32,000 nt of DNA from Zymomonas mobilis subsp. mobilis ATCC 10988. GTDB lineage: Bacteria > Pseudomonadota > Alphaproteobacteria > Sphingomonadales > Sphingomonadaceae. Location: NCBI RefSeq assembly GCF_000175255.2, contig NC_017262.1, positions 630,001-662,000 of the forward strand, written 5' to 3'. Made by a program: the position numbers and the translations under genes. The notes below the pieces were generated by a model, which saw only the letters and a list, made by a program, of their open reading frames with translations, made no database searches and had not been told where the DNA came from. Within the stretch, counting starts at the first letter, position 1. Each line of letters starts with the position of its first letter. Below, piece after piece: positions 1-8,814 of this stretch.

Positions 1-2
1 AA

Positions 3-548
3 TATTTTTTATTTTTTGGTGCAGTAGAGCCTAAAAAAAATATTGCTAGAATTATTGCTGCTCATAAAGAAAGTAAAACTAAACTACCATTAGTTCTTGT
101 TGTTTCACAAGGGTGGGGATGTGATGATGTATGGGAAGAAATAAATAATTACTCTAATGATGGATCAAGGCGTTGTATTGTAATCAAATATTTACAACGA
201 GATGATTTAATTAACATAATTTCGCATGCTAAAGCGCTCATTTTTCCTTCTTTATATGAAGGCTTTGGTTTACCAGCTCTCGAAGCTATGGCATTGGGAA
301 CCCCCGTGGTTGGGTCAACAGAAGGCAGTCTTCCAGAAATTATTGGCCAAGCTGGAATATTAGTAAATCCTTTAAGTGTCGAAGAATTGAAAAATGCTAT
401 AATACAGCTAGAATATAATCCAGAACTCACAAAAAAACTTATACAAGCAGGGAAAGATCGTGCGATCTTTTTCTCTAATAGCGCTTATTGTAAGCGTTTG
501 TCTTCTGCCTTAGACCTTTGCAGTGCGAAATTACATAAATTAAAATAA
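3..548 (+). CDS. Glycosyltransferase family 4 (group 1), C-terminal part; 5' end lies outside the window
   Basis: Frame 3 is open from position 3 to the stop: YFLFFGAVEPKKNIARIIAAH...AKALIFPSLYEGFGLPALEAMALGTPVVGSTEGSLPEIIGQAGILVNP. This is the typical GT4 C-terminal motif (E-G-F-G-L-P-x-L-E-A-M). Confidence 0.92.
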   Translation, partial: YFLFFGAVEPKKNIARIIAAHKESKTKLPLVLVVSQGWGCDDVWEEINNYSNDGSRRCIVIKYLQRDDLINIISHAKALIFPSLYEGFGLPALEAMALGTPVVGSTEGSLPEIIGQAGILVNPLSVEELKNAIIQLEYNPELTKKLIQAGKDRAIFFSNSAYCKRLSSALDLCSAKLHKLK

Positions 549-596
549 AATAACATTAAAATTCAAAACTATTCATACAATAGAAAGGATTGTTTA

Positions 597-1580
597 ATGC
601 GCTATCTTGTCACTGGCGGCGCAGGTTTTGTTGGAAGCCATACTGTTTTGGCTCTTCTAGATGCTGGCCACGAAGTTGTTGTTCTTGATAATTTAAGTAC
701 TGGACACATCCAAGCTGTTCCTAAAAGTGTTGAATTTCATCATGTTGATTTACTAGACAAAACAGCCATAGCAAACGTAATCGCTAACCGTGCATGGGAT
801 GGAGTTTTTCATTTTGCGGCACTTTCTCAAGTCGCAGAAAGCATGAGAAAACCATTAAAATACTTTTACCATAATTATCTTACAGCTTTTAATCTTATTC
901 AGACTTGTATTGAAAATAACATAAATAAGCTGGTATTCTCTTCTACAGCTGCATTATTCGGGGGAGAGAATAGAGTTGATCCAATCTCCGAAACTGATCT
1001 CATTCAGCCAGGATCGCCATATGGCGAGAGTAAATACATGATCGAACGGATTCTATATTGGGCTGATAGAATATATCATTTGCACAGTGCATGTTTACGA
1101 TATTTTAATGCAGCTGGGGCAGATCACTTAGGGCGAGCTGGAGAAGATCATCGACCAGAAACACATCTTATTCCTTTAACAATAGATTCGGCTTTAGGAC
1201 GGCGACCTACATTAAAATTATTCGGAACTGACTATCCAACCCGAGACGGATCTTGTATCCGCGATTATGTTCATGTTTCTGATCTTGCAAACGCCCATTT
1301 ACGCGCAATTGATCAAATCAATGATCGGAGCGTTGTATATAACGTTGGGAATGGACAAGGATATTCTAATTTAGAAGTTATAGAGTCTGTCGAACGAGTA
1401 AGTGGTCAAAAAGTTTCATGGGAACCAGCCCCACGTCGACAAGGTGATCCTGCAGTATTAGTAGCAGATTCTACAGCTCTGCAAAAAGATACTGGCTGGA
1501 TGACAAATTTTGGCAGTATCGACAAAATTGTTGAAACAGCCTTATTATGGCGTGAAAAACATCCACAAGGATATATTTAA
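597..1580 (+). CDS. galE: UDP-glucose 4-epimerase (extended SDR family)
   Basis: N-terminal TGGAGFVGSH nucleotide-binding motif, YGESK catalytic motif, LRYFNAAGA, and SCIRDYVHVSDLANAH are GalE hallmarks; 327 aa. Confidence 0.93.
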   Translation: MRYLVTGGAGFVGSHTVLALLDAGHEVVVLDNLSTGHIQAVPKSVEFHHVDLLDKTAIANVIANRAWDGVFHFAALSQVAESMRKPLKYFYHNYLTAFNLIQTCIENNINKLVFSSTAALFGGENRVDPISETDLIQPGSPYGESKYMIERILYWADRIYHLHSACLRYFNAAGADHLGRAGEDHRPETHLIPLTIDSALGRRPTLKLFGTDYPTRDGSCIRDYVHVSDLANAHLRAIDQINDRSVVYNVGNGQGYSNLEVIESVERVSGQKVSWEPAPRRQGDPAVLVADSTALQKDTGWMTNFGSIDKIVETALLWREKHPQGYI

Positions 1581-1666
1581 GATAAATCTTATAATAAATT
1601 ATAATAGTATTAATTTTTACAACAATTGATGGATTCTATTGTCATCAATAAAGGTATCTTTTAAAA

Positions 1667-1948
1667 ATGAGCGATCTAAAAGAAAAATTAGATTTTTCAA
1701 TATATCGAGATAAAAATACGCCTACATTGTTAGCGTATAAAGATTTAGAAAATTCTTTTATTACTTTTTACCAAAGAAATCTTCGACTAAAAAGTTCTCT
1801 TTCGTGGAAAATTACTTTCCCAATAAGAAGAATTCGTCAGTTTGTCTATCGCTGGAGAGATCGTTTCAGTAAATTATTTTTAGCCTTCCAGCATAATTGT
1901 ATTATAATAGGTTGCAAAAAAAAAAGTTATCTCGCTTTCGTGGGCTAA
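1667..1948 (+). CDS. N-terminal segment of a glycosyltransferase, apparently separated from the downstream ORF by a frame change at a 10-A tract
   Basis: ATG with AAAGG upstream. The protein (YKDLENSFITFYQRNLRLKSSLSWKITFPIRRIRQFVYRWRDRFSKLF) resembles the N-terminal lead-in of large GT2 proteins. It terminates 23 nt after the A10 run at 1916-1925 and overlaps the 1897..3852 ORF. Confidence 0.55.
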   Translation: MSDLKEKLDFSIYRDKNTPTLLAYKDLENSFITFYQRNLRLKSSLSWKITFPIRRIRQFVYRWRDRFSKLFLAFQHNCIIIGCKKKSYLAFVG

Positions 1949-3852
1949 CTAAAATTGATTTAGCTTACCATAATTGGCGACAAAATAATCCATTGCCTCG
2001 GCTAAAAGACAAAGAGATTGTACCATTACGGATACTAGCCCTTCTTAGTCCAAATGTAATTCAATCTCCTGATTATTTTGATTGTATAGCTAGTTTACAG
2101 TCTCAGCGAGGTTGTACAGTTGAGACTGTATCTTTGCCTCTTTCTCAATTTTCTGTAGTTTCTGAACCATATGATGTCGTTTTTTGGATACGAATGGCAA
2201 CGATTTTTGAAGAGGATTATGGACAAATTGCATATCAAAAATTATCTGAAGGATACAGTTTATTTTACGCAGACCATGATACAAAGCTTAGCTCTATTCT
2301 GCATGAATGCCCATTTTTTAAACCTGATTTTTCTCCAGAACTTCTTAATACGGTAGATTATCTTGCAGCAGGTTGCGCCTTTAGGCCTTATTGGATGGAC
2401 GGCCAAATTAACATAGATGATAATTTCATTTACGAAAAAATTAAGCATTTATCTCGCGCTAAAGTTAAACATTTACCATTATGCCTAAGTCACCTTACCT
2501 GCCCCAACACAGATCAATTTTTTCCACCACAATCTCCAATTAAGTTTTCAATAAATGAATTTATAAAAGACAAAAAAATTACTATTATTATACCTACTGC
2601 TTTTTATGGATCTTATTTGAAAAATCTATTGAAGAGTCTGCATTTAACAACAAAAGAATTTTCTAATAAAATAGAAATTGTAATCATCACCAATTGTAGT
2701 CCATCGAAATCTGAAGAATTTTTGAAAAATTGCCCGATACGACATAAAGTAATTTATTATAAAAATGATTTTAATTACTCTGGTGTTAATAATAAAGCCG
2801 TTCGTGAAACTGATGGCGAAATACTAATTTTTCTTAATGATGACATTGAATTACAGGATTCTCATTGGCTTCCCGATATGCTTATGCTTCTTCAGCGGCC
2901 AAAATCTGGAGCAGTAGGAAGTTTACTACGTTATCCTGATAACACTATACAACATGCAGGATGCCTAATTGGTATGAATGGAGGAGTCGGGCATATCGGT
3001 GTCGGACTTCCCGTAGATTCAAATACTTACCATGGAATTATAACAGCCCAAAGAGAAGTATCTGCAGTTACTGGAGCTTGTCTAGCTATACGTCGAGATG
3101 TTTTCTTAGAAGTTGGTATGTTCGACGAAAATTTACCGTTTTCTTTCAACGACATTGCTCTTTGTCTACAGTTAAAAGATTTAGGCTATACTAACTATAT
3201 TACAACCCGTAGTCACATTATTCATCATGAGTCTCGCTCCCGTGGTTATGATACGACAGCGCATAAATATCAAACTAACCGCGAATACTTTTTATATGCC
3301 CGTTCTAAATATCCTAGTTTAAGAGAATCTGACCCTTATTATAATCCGAATCTTGATCTTTCATCTGTTTATATGGGATATGCATCACTTTCTGAAATGC
3401 AACGGAAACATTTTCTGTATCCTAGAACTCAAGGTTGTTTAGTGATCATTGCACAAAGAATGGATTATGATCAATCCGCCCCTATTATTCTCGATACATT
3501 AGCACAACTAGTTTCTTGCGGAAAAACGCGAGTGGTCATTGCCGGCGAGAATGAAACATATTTTTCACGGAAGTGTCATGATATGTTAAGTCCATCCTCT
3601 GTTCTAATTAAATCTATTAATAATTTACAAAACATTCTATTGAATGCGCCAGAATATACGTTACTTCTTGATTTAAATTTACTAGAATTAACAGATGGAT
3701 TGCCATCTTCTTTACCAGTAATTATTTTTTACATCCAAAATAAAAAAATTTTTTTTATAGATTATTTTGGGCGCCGCACATTACAATGGCAATCATTAAA
3801 TATACAAGATATAAATCTAAATAGTCTAGTATTCCCTGATAAGGGTTTTTAA
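1897..3852 (+). CDS. Glycosyltransferase family 2 protein (long, two-domain type); TTG-started ORF probably continues from the 1667 ORF by a frame change
   Basis: DYLAAGCAFRPY; IPTAFYGSYLKNLLKSLHLT...IEIVIITNCSP; LIFLNDDIELQDSHWLPDMLMLLQRPKSGAVGSLLRYPDNTIQHAGC; VTGACLAIRRDVFLEVGMFDENLPFSFNDIALCLQLKDLGY, all typical GT2. No convincing ribosome-binding site at the TTG at 1897. Confidence 0.85.
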   Translation: MYYNRLQKKKLSRFRGLTKIDLAYHNWRQNNPLPRLKDKEIVPLRILALLSPNVIQSPDYFDCIASLQSQRGCTVETVSLPLSQFSVVSEPYDVVFWIRMATIFEEDYGQIAYQKLSEGYSLFYADHDTKLSSILHECPFFKPDFSPELLNTVDYLAAGCAFRPYWMDGQINIDDNFIYEKIKHLSRAKVKHLPLCLSHLTCPNTDQFFPPQSPIKFSINEFIKDKKITIIIPTAFYGSYLKNLLKSLHLTTKEFSNKIEIVIITNCSPSKSEEFLKNCPIRHKVIYYKNDFNYSGVNNKAVRETDGEILIFLNDDIELQDSHWLPDMLMLLQRPKSGAVGSLLRYPDNTIQHAGCLIGMNGGVGHIGVGLPVDSNTYHGIITAQREVSAVTGACLAIRRDVFLEVGMFDENLPFSFNDIALCLQLKDLGYTNYITTRSHIIHHESRSRGYDTTAHKYQTNREYFLYARSKYPSLRESDPYYNPNLDLSSVYMGYASLSEMQRKHFLYPRTQGCLVIIAQRMDYDQSAPIILDTLAQLVSCGKTRVVIAGENETYFSRKCHDMLSPSSVLIKSINNLQNILLNAPEYTLLLDLNLLELTDGLPSSLPVIIFYIQNKKIFFIDYFGRRTLQWQSLNIQDINLNSLVFPDKGF

Positions 3853-3938
3853 ATATTTAAGTATTGTAAAATTTTTATAATCATGTAAGAAGCCTCATAT
3901 CTAGTGAATGCTTATTTCATCAAAGAGTAAAATCAATA

Positions 3939-5483
3939 ATGAATAATCATGAAATAAAAATTTCGTTTATTGTTCCGGCGTATAATGTAAAAAGCTACCT
4001 TGGAAAATGTTTAACCTCACTACAACAGCAATCTCTCGATAACTTTGAGATTATTGTAGTCGAGGACTGTTCAACAGATGGCACCTTATCCAAAGCGCGG
4101 CAATACGCAAGAAAAGATCCAAGAATTCAAATCATTTGTCACAAAGAAAATCAGGGTCTAGGTCCTGCTCGCAATACAGGTATGGAATATGCGCGTGGGA
4201 AATATATCTGTTTCGTTGATTCCGATGATTGGGTTGACCCTGGTTATGGTGAAGCCTTTTATCTAGAGGCAGAGCGCACCTCTGCAGATATGGTAGTTGG
4301 GACGTTTTATGCTGTGTTCTCACAAGGCGCACGTATAGTTTCACATTTTGTTGATCCTGCAGTACGTTATGCATCGCTTCCATTTGATGCACAGACTTGT
4401 CCTGCTGTGTTATCTATGCCGACTCCAGTTTGGGATAAATGTTATAGGCGAGAATTTTTAAAAAATTATAACATTCGTTTCCCAGCTTTAATTGGAGAAG
4501 ATATCCCTTTTCAATGGGAAGCAATGACACAAGCAAAACGTATATCAGTCGTTGGAGAGCCCTTTTATTATTACCGTATCAGAGATACTAAGAAAAATCG
4601 TTCTCTTACTGCTGGACGTGATATTTTTGCAGATGTCTTTTTGGCTCAAGAAAAAGCCTTAGCTTTTTTGAATGATAGTGGTCATTATGAAAAGCTTAAG
4701 AGCATTTGGTGGGAGCGTATGATTAAAGAGCTTCTCCATTTAACTGACAAGTCTGGTGACACGCTGGTTTCAGACAATTTTGTAGCTAAAGTATTTCATA
4801 CAATGTTGCGAAAATCTTTAGAACCAGTAGATTTTTCTTCTCTTAATCGTGCATATATACCAGAACATGTTCTGTTTATGGCTATGTTTGCGCAAAAATG
4901 CTCCTCATGGAAAGAATTCCAAGAATTGGTAGCTCGATCTCATCCCAGCAATCATCAACCACGTCCTCGATTTATAGGTCTAAATAAACTGCAAATGGTG
5001 TTGACTAGGTATGATCTTGATGTAGATGAAAACAAAATATCTCATCAATTAAAAATTTCTAATCATAATATTAGCATGCCTTATTATCCAGATCTTCTAG
5101 ATTATAAAGCTATTATATATGAAAACAATCGCATTATAATTTTACCCCCAGCTCATGATCCCAACATGGAACCAGCGCGAATTAATATTAACTTTGAAGG
5201 CCATGGATGCTCTAAAATTTGGTACTTCCTCTCATGCTATCAAGAAGGTCGATCTTCTGAACTTTGCATCAGCCAGATTCTTCTAGATAAGAACAAAAGA
5301 ATACTTATAGATAAAAAAACAATTCTTCATATTGGAGAAAAAATAGTTCTTTCTTTTTTAGAAATTCCTAAAGATATTTCATTCAATGAATGTAGTTTTG
5401 AATTTTCTGTAAAATGTCTTTCTGGTTTTCCTGCATGGGAATCAGATGTAACTATTTCAAATTTTTATGGGGAAGGTTTATGA
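3939..5483 (+). CDS. Glycosyltransferase family 2 protein with C-terminal extension
   Basis: KISFIVPAYNVKSYLGKCLTSLQQQSLDNFEIIVVEDCSTDGT...ARNTGMEYARGKYICFVDSDDWVDPGY is a canonical GT2 A-domain. Confidence 0.93.
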   Translation: MNNHEIKISFIVPAYNVKSYLGKCLTSLQQQSLDNFEIIVVEDCSTDGTLSKARQYARKDPRIQIICHKENQGLGPARNTGMEYARGKYICFVDSDDWVDPGYGEAFYLEAERTSADMVVGTFYAVFSQGARIVSHFVDPAVRYASLPFDAQTCPAVLSMPTPVWDKCYRREFLKNYNIRFPALIGEDIPFQWEAMTQAKRISVVGEPFYYYRIRDTKKNRSLTAGRDIFADVFLAQEKALAFLNDSGHYEKLKSIWWERMIKELLHLTDKSGDTLVSDNFVAKVFHTMLRKSLEPVDFSSLNRAYIPEHVLFMAMFAQKCSSWKEFQELVARSHPSNHQPRPRFIGLNKLQMVLTRYDLDVDENKISHQLKISNHNISMPYYPDLLDYKAIIYENNRIIILPPAHDPNMEPARININFEGHGCSKIWYFLSCYQEGRSSELCISQILLDKNKRILIDKKTILHIGEKIVLSFLEIPKDISFNECSFEFSVKCLSGFPAWESDVTISNFYGEGL

Positions 5484-6400
5484 AAAAACGTGTCCAAATC
5501 TACTTGTGCACAAATGGCTTTTTTGATCTTCCTAAAAAAGCGCCTTTTATTCCTATTCAAGGCGGAGCAGCTATAAATCAGCGCCTCCCGGGCGTTATAG
5601 GGGATGATACTGGTGAAAATATTTCAAAACTGAACCCAATGTTTTGTGAAATGACTGCTATGTATTGGGCGTGGAAAAATGCGCCAAAAACAGATTATAT
5701 CGGTTTTTTTCATTACCGAAGATTATTTAATTTTGGCCGTCCACCTGCTCCTGAACGACATTGGTCCGAACGTATTTTTTCTGATTTCAAACCTGAAACT
5801 ATGAAAAGGTTTGGTTGGGATTATGAAACTATTTTAAATACTATCGATGGTGCTGACATTATTTTACCTCATATTGAAGATGTTCAACGCCCACCATTAT
5901 GGGATCAACCTGGAACGCTTTACGAGCATTACCGGAACTGCCATGTTTCCCGAGATATCAACCTTACAATAAAAGTAATAAAAGATCTGTACCCAGAAGA
6001 TACTCTGTTAACTGATAAAGTCATGAATTCAACACATGGGTATTTCTGTCATATGTTTATTATGAAATGGGATATATTTCAAGAATATATGAAATGGGTC
6101 TTTGATATTACTTTATCTGTTACGGATAAAATTGATTTAAATGCGCCTATATACAAATACAACCCTCAGGAACGTCGAGTATCTGGTTTTATCGGTGAAC
6201 GTATTATTAATATTTTTGTTGAAAAAAAACGTCGACAAGGTGCAAAAATTATGGAGATGGAGCGAATTTTAGGGAATCTCCCTAAAGAAGGATTTCTTCA
6301 ATCTAAGGGAGAAAATCGTAAAAAATTCTTTATAAAGAAGCTTAATCGAGCGATAACAATGCGTTTAGGTAATCATCAGTTTACCCTAGGTGCAGGATAA
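5480..6400 (+). CDS. DUF4422 domain protein (capsular polysaccharide / glycosyltransferase-like)
   Basis: QGGAAINQRLPGVIGDDTGENISKLNPMFCEMTAMYWAWKNAPKTDYIGFFHYRRLFNF is the characteristic DUF4422 region. The ATG at 5480 overlaps the TGA of the preceding gene (ATGA). The track ORF starts earlier at 5414, inside the upstream gene. Confidence 0.85.
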   Translation: MKKRVQIYLCTNGFFDLPKKAPFIPIQGGAAINQRLPGVIGDDTGENISKLNPMFCEMTAMYWAWKNAPKTDYIGFFHYRRLFNFGRPPAPERHWSERIFSDFKPETMKRFGWDYETILNTIDGADIILPHIEDVQRPPLWDQPGTLYEHYRNCHVSRDINLTIKVIKDLYPEDTLLTDKVMNSTHGYFCHMFIMKWDIFQEYMKWVFDITLSVTDKIDLNAPIYKYNPQERRVSGFIGERIINIFVEKKRRQGAKIMEMERILGNLPKEGFLQSKGENRKKFFIKKLNRAITMRLGNHQFTLGAG

Positions 6401-6513
6401 TATTTTTTGGGAATTACATTAATATTCATAGTATATATTTAATTTTTTAAAAAAATACTTGTATATAATATAATAATTTTTAAATTTTAGTTTTCCACTT
6501 ATAAGGAAGAATT

Positions 6514-7659
6514 ATGCGATTTTGTGTTGTTGGGGCTGGCTTTAGTGGAGCAATAATAGCTCGCCATTTGTCAGACAAAGGATACAAAGTACTTTTACTA
6601 GATGAAAGAAAACATATTGCAGGCAACTGCCATACAGAACGAGATACATCTACTGGTATCATGGTACATCGCTATGGCCCTCATATTTTTCATACCGCAG
6701 ATAAGCGTGTATGGGATTATGTGCAACAATTCGGTAAATTTAGACCATACATTAATCGAGTAAAAGCAGTTTCAAAAAATTGTGTATATACACTTCCAGT
6801 TAATTTATTGACAATCAATCAATTTTTTAAGACAACATTTTCACCAAAAGAAGCACGCCTTTTCATTGAACAAAATGCTAATAAATTAATTATTGATCCC
6901 CAAACTTTTGAAGAGCAAGCCTTATCAATGATTGGCTCTGATCTTTATAAGGCATTTTTTGAAGGCTATACAAAAAAACAATGGGGAATAGATCCAAAAA
7001 ACCTTCCTTCTTCAATCCTAAAGCGTTTGCCATTACGATTTAATTATGATGATAACTATTTTAATCATCCTTATCAAGGAATGCCAGAAAACGGCTATAC
7101 AGCTATAATTGAAAATATTTTGAAATCAAAAAATATAGAAATTTGTCTACAAACAAAATTTGAAGATATCGAAGAAAATTTTTCTCACATTTTTTATACA
7201 GGCCCTATTGATCGATATTTCAAATTTTCACTTGGACACTTAGGGTATCGTACACTTGATTTTATACGTATAGATGCAGAGGGAGATTACCAAGGAACAG
7301 CAGTAATTAATTACTGTGATTATGATATTCCATTTACCCGGATTTCAGAACATAAGCACTTTGCACCTTGGGAAGCGGATAATTTTAAAAATACTGTAGC
7401 ATTTAAAGAATATAGTCGACTAGCTGGGAAAGAAGATACTCCGTATTATCCAATTAGGCTTGTTGGAGAAAAAAAATTACTTGAAAATTATGTAGAATTA
7501 GCAAAAAATACATCAAATGTTTCTTTCCTAGGCCGTCTTGGTACGTATCGTTATCTTGATATGGATGTAACTATTTCTGAAGCACTTAATGTATGTGACC
7601 AAATTGATAAATCTTTAGGCATATCAGAACTGCCATCATTTTTTGTTGATCCATTATAG
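6514..7659 (+). CDS. glf: UDP-galactopyranose mutase
   Basis: FAD-binding N-terminus VVGAGFSGAIIARHLSDKGYKVLLLDERKHIAGNCHTE, plus YGPHIFHT, KKQWG and YTGPIDRYF signatures; AAGGA upstream of the ATG. Confidence 0.95.
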   Translation: MRFCVVGAGFSGAIIARHLSDKGYKVLLLDERKHIAGNCHTERDTSTGIMVHRYGPHIFHTADKRVWDYVQQFGKFRPYINRVKAVSKNCVYTLPVNLLTINQFFKTTFSPKEARLFIEQNANKLIIDPQTFEEQALSMIGSDLYKAFFEGYTKKQWGIDPKNLPSSILKRLPLRFNYDDNYFNHPYQGMPENGYTAIIENILKSKNIEICLQTKFEDIEENFSHIFYTGPIDRYFKFSLGHLGYRTLDFIRIDAEGDYQGTAVINYCDYDIPFTRISEHKHFAPWEADNFKNTVAFKEYSRLAGKEDTPYYPIRLVGEKKLLENYVELAKNTSNVSFLGRLGTYRYLDMDVTISEALNVCDQIDKSLGISELPSFFVDPL

Positions 7660-7855
7660 TTGATCATTAAAAGGTAAGGTTTTATTATTTTTTAAATTTA
7701 ATCAGCTGATATTATTACGTCAATAGCTATCCACCGTATAACTTAAAGCAATTTTCTCTGGACCTTGTCTGTTCCAAAATAGGAAAAAACAAAATCAGCT
7801 CCAACGAAAGATTACTTTATCCCAAAATGATATTATTTACTTTATCGAAAGCAGC

Positions 7856-8695
7856 CTAAAATCTTTTACTGATTCCCAAATAGATTTGCTCGGCAGGCGT
7901 ATCCCTATTCAAACCGACATTGGCACCAATATCTAACTGAATTGTCTGGGTTAGGGCATAGACAAGCGCACTATCGGCGGAATATTGGGTTGTTTTTCCT
8001 GATGGATCAAAATTGGTCGCCGACCATAATTCACCAATCAAGGTCAAACGATTGGTTAACGGACGCGCCAGATTAAAGACATTCTGCATCGCCGCATGCA
8101 TACCGTTATTATCATCATTCAAAACGATATCGACTTCTGGTGCCAAGGTAAGCAAAAATCCGGCTGGCAATTTGATATTGGCCGCCGCGACCATGCCCCC
8201 TTCCCAATGACGATTACCGATTTTATGACCCGCCGCAGGTGCTTTTACATAGGGGATAACGGCTAAACTAAAACGGTCATCTTCATAATATCGGGTTTTC
8301 CAACGCATAATAACATCGCCCGACCCACCATAATTATGTTTTTCATGGGTAACGCGATCCTGCGTCCAAATTTGGCTATAAGGAACCCAGTTAACCTGAA
8401 AATCCATATAGCTGTTAATGCCATATTTCAAAGTCGGGTTTGTTGCCAAAAGCGTTTGACTATTCAAATTGCCGGAACGGGATTCACTATAATTGGTGAC
8501 ATCCGCCTCTATTTGCCAATGCCCTTTGGGGACAGTGCAAGCCGCCGATGATTTAGTTGGGCGATCGGTGCAGATCGCTCCCAAAGGATCGCTATCCTGT
8601 AAAATATTACCCGTTTCAGCATGGAGCGGCGCTATCATGGCGAGGCTGCCAGCCAAAAAGCTCGACAGATAATAAAAAGATTTATTCAGAAAAAT
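7856..8695 (-). CDS. Probable outer-membrane beta-barrel / transporter-like protein (MetA-pathway phenol degradation-like family)
   Basis: Alternating amphipathic strands (WQIEADVTNYSES..., TLKYGINSYMDFQVNW..., LVYALTQTIQLDIGANVGLN) and terminal ISKRF. In-frame sequence upstream of the track's TTG start (8656) encodes LNKSFYYLSSFLAGSLAMIAPLHA, a signal-peptide-like leader. The start is uncertain: ATT at 8695 or CTG at 8689. Confidence 0.65.
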   Translation of the reverse strand: MFLNKSFYYLSSFLAGSLAMIAPLHAETGNILQDSDPLGAICTDRPTKSSAACTVPKGHWQIEADVTNYSESRSGNLNSQTLLATNPTLKYGINSYMDFQVNWVPYSQIWTQDRVTHEKHNYGGSGDVIMRWKTRYYEDDRFSLAVIPYVKAPAAGHKIGNRHWEGGMVAAANIKLPAGFLLTLAPEVDIVLNDDNNGMHAAMQNVFNLARPLTNRLTLIGELWSATNFDPSGKTTQYSADSALVYALTQTIQLDIGANVGLNRDTPAEQIYLGISKRF

Positions 8696-8814
8696 GGCGC
8701 GTCCCTATCTATCATTGCAAGGTAAACACGCCATTTCACTATTGAATAAATCCCGCTTGTAAAAGTAATTTAACGCAACATTCACAAGAATATAAAGAGT
8801 GTAGCCTGTATCCG

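Noticed and set aside
1625-1649. Inverted repeat ATTGATG...CATCAAT upstream of the first GT2 ORF
   Set aside because: Only 7 bp with an 11-nt loop in AT-rich sequence, easily expected by chance.
7701-7710. Palindrome ATCAGCTGAT downstream of glf
   Set aside because: A 10-bp perfect palindrome in AT-rich DNA is too short to support a regulatory claim; no flanking T tract or paired motif.
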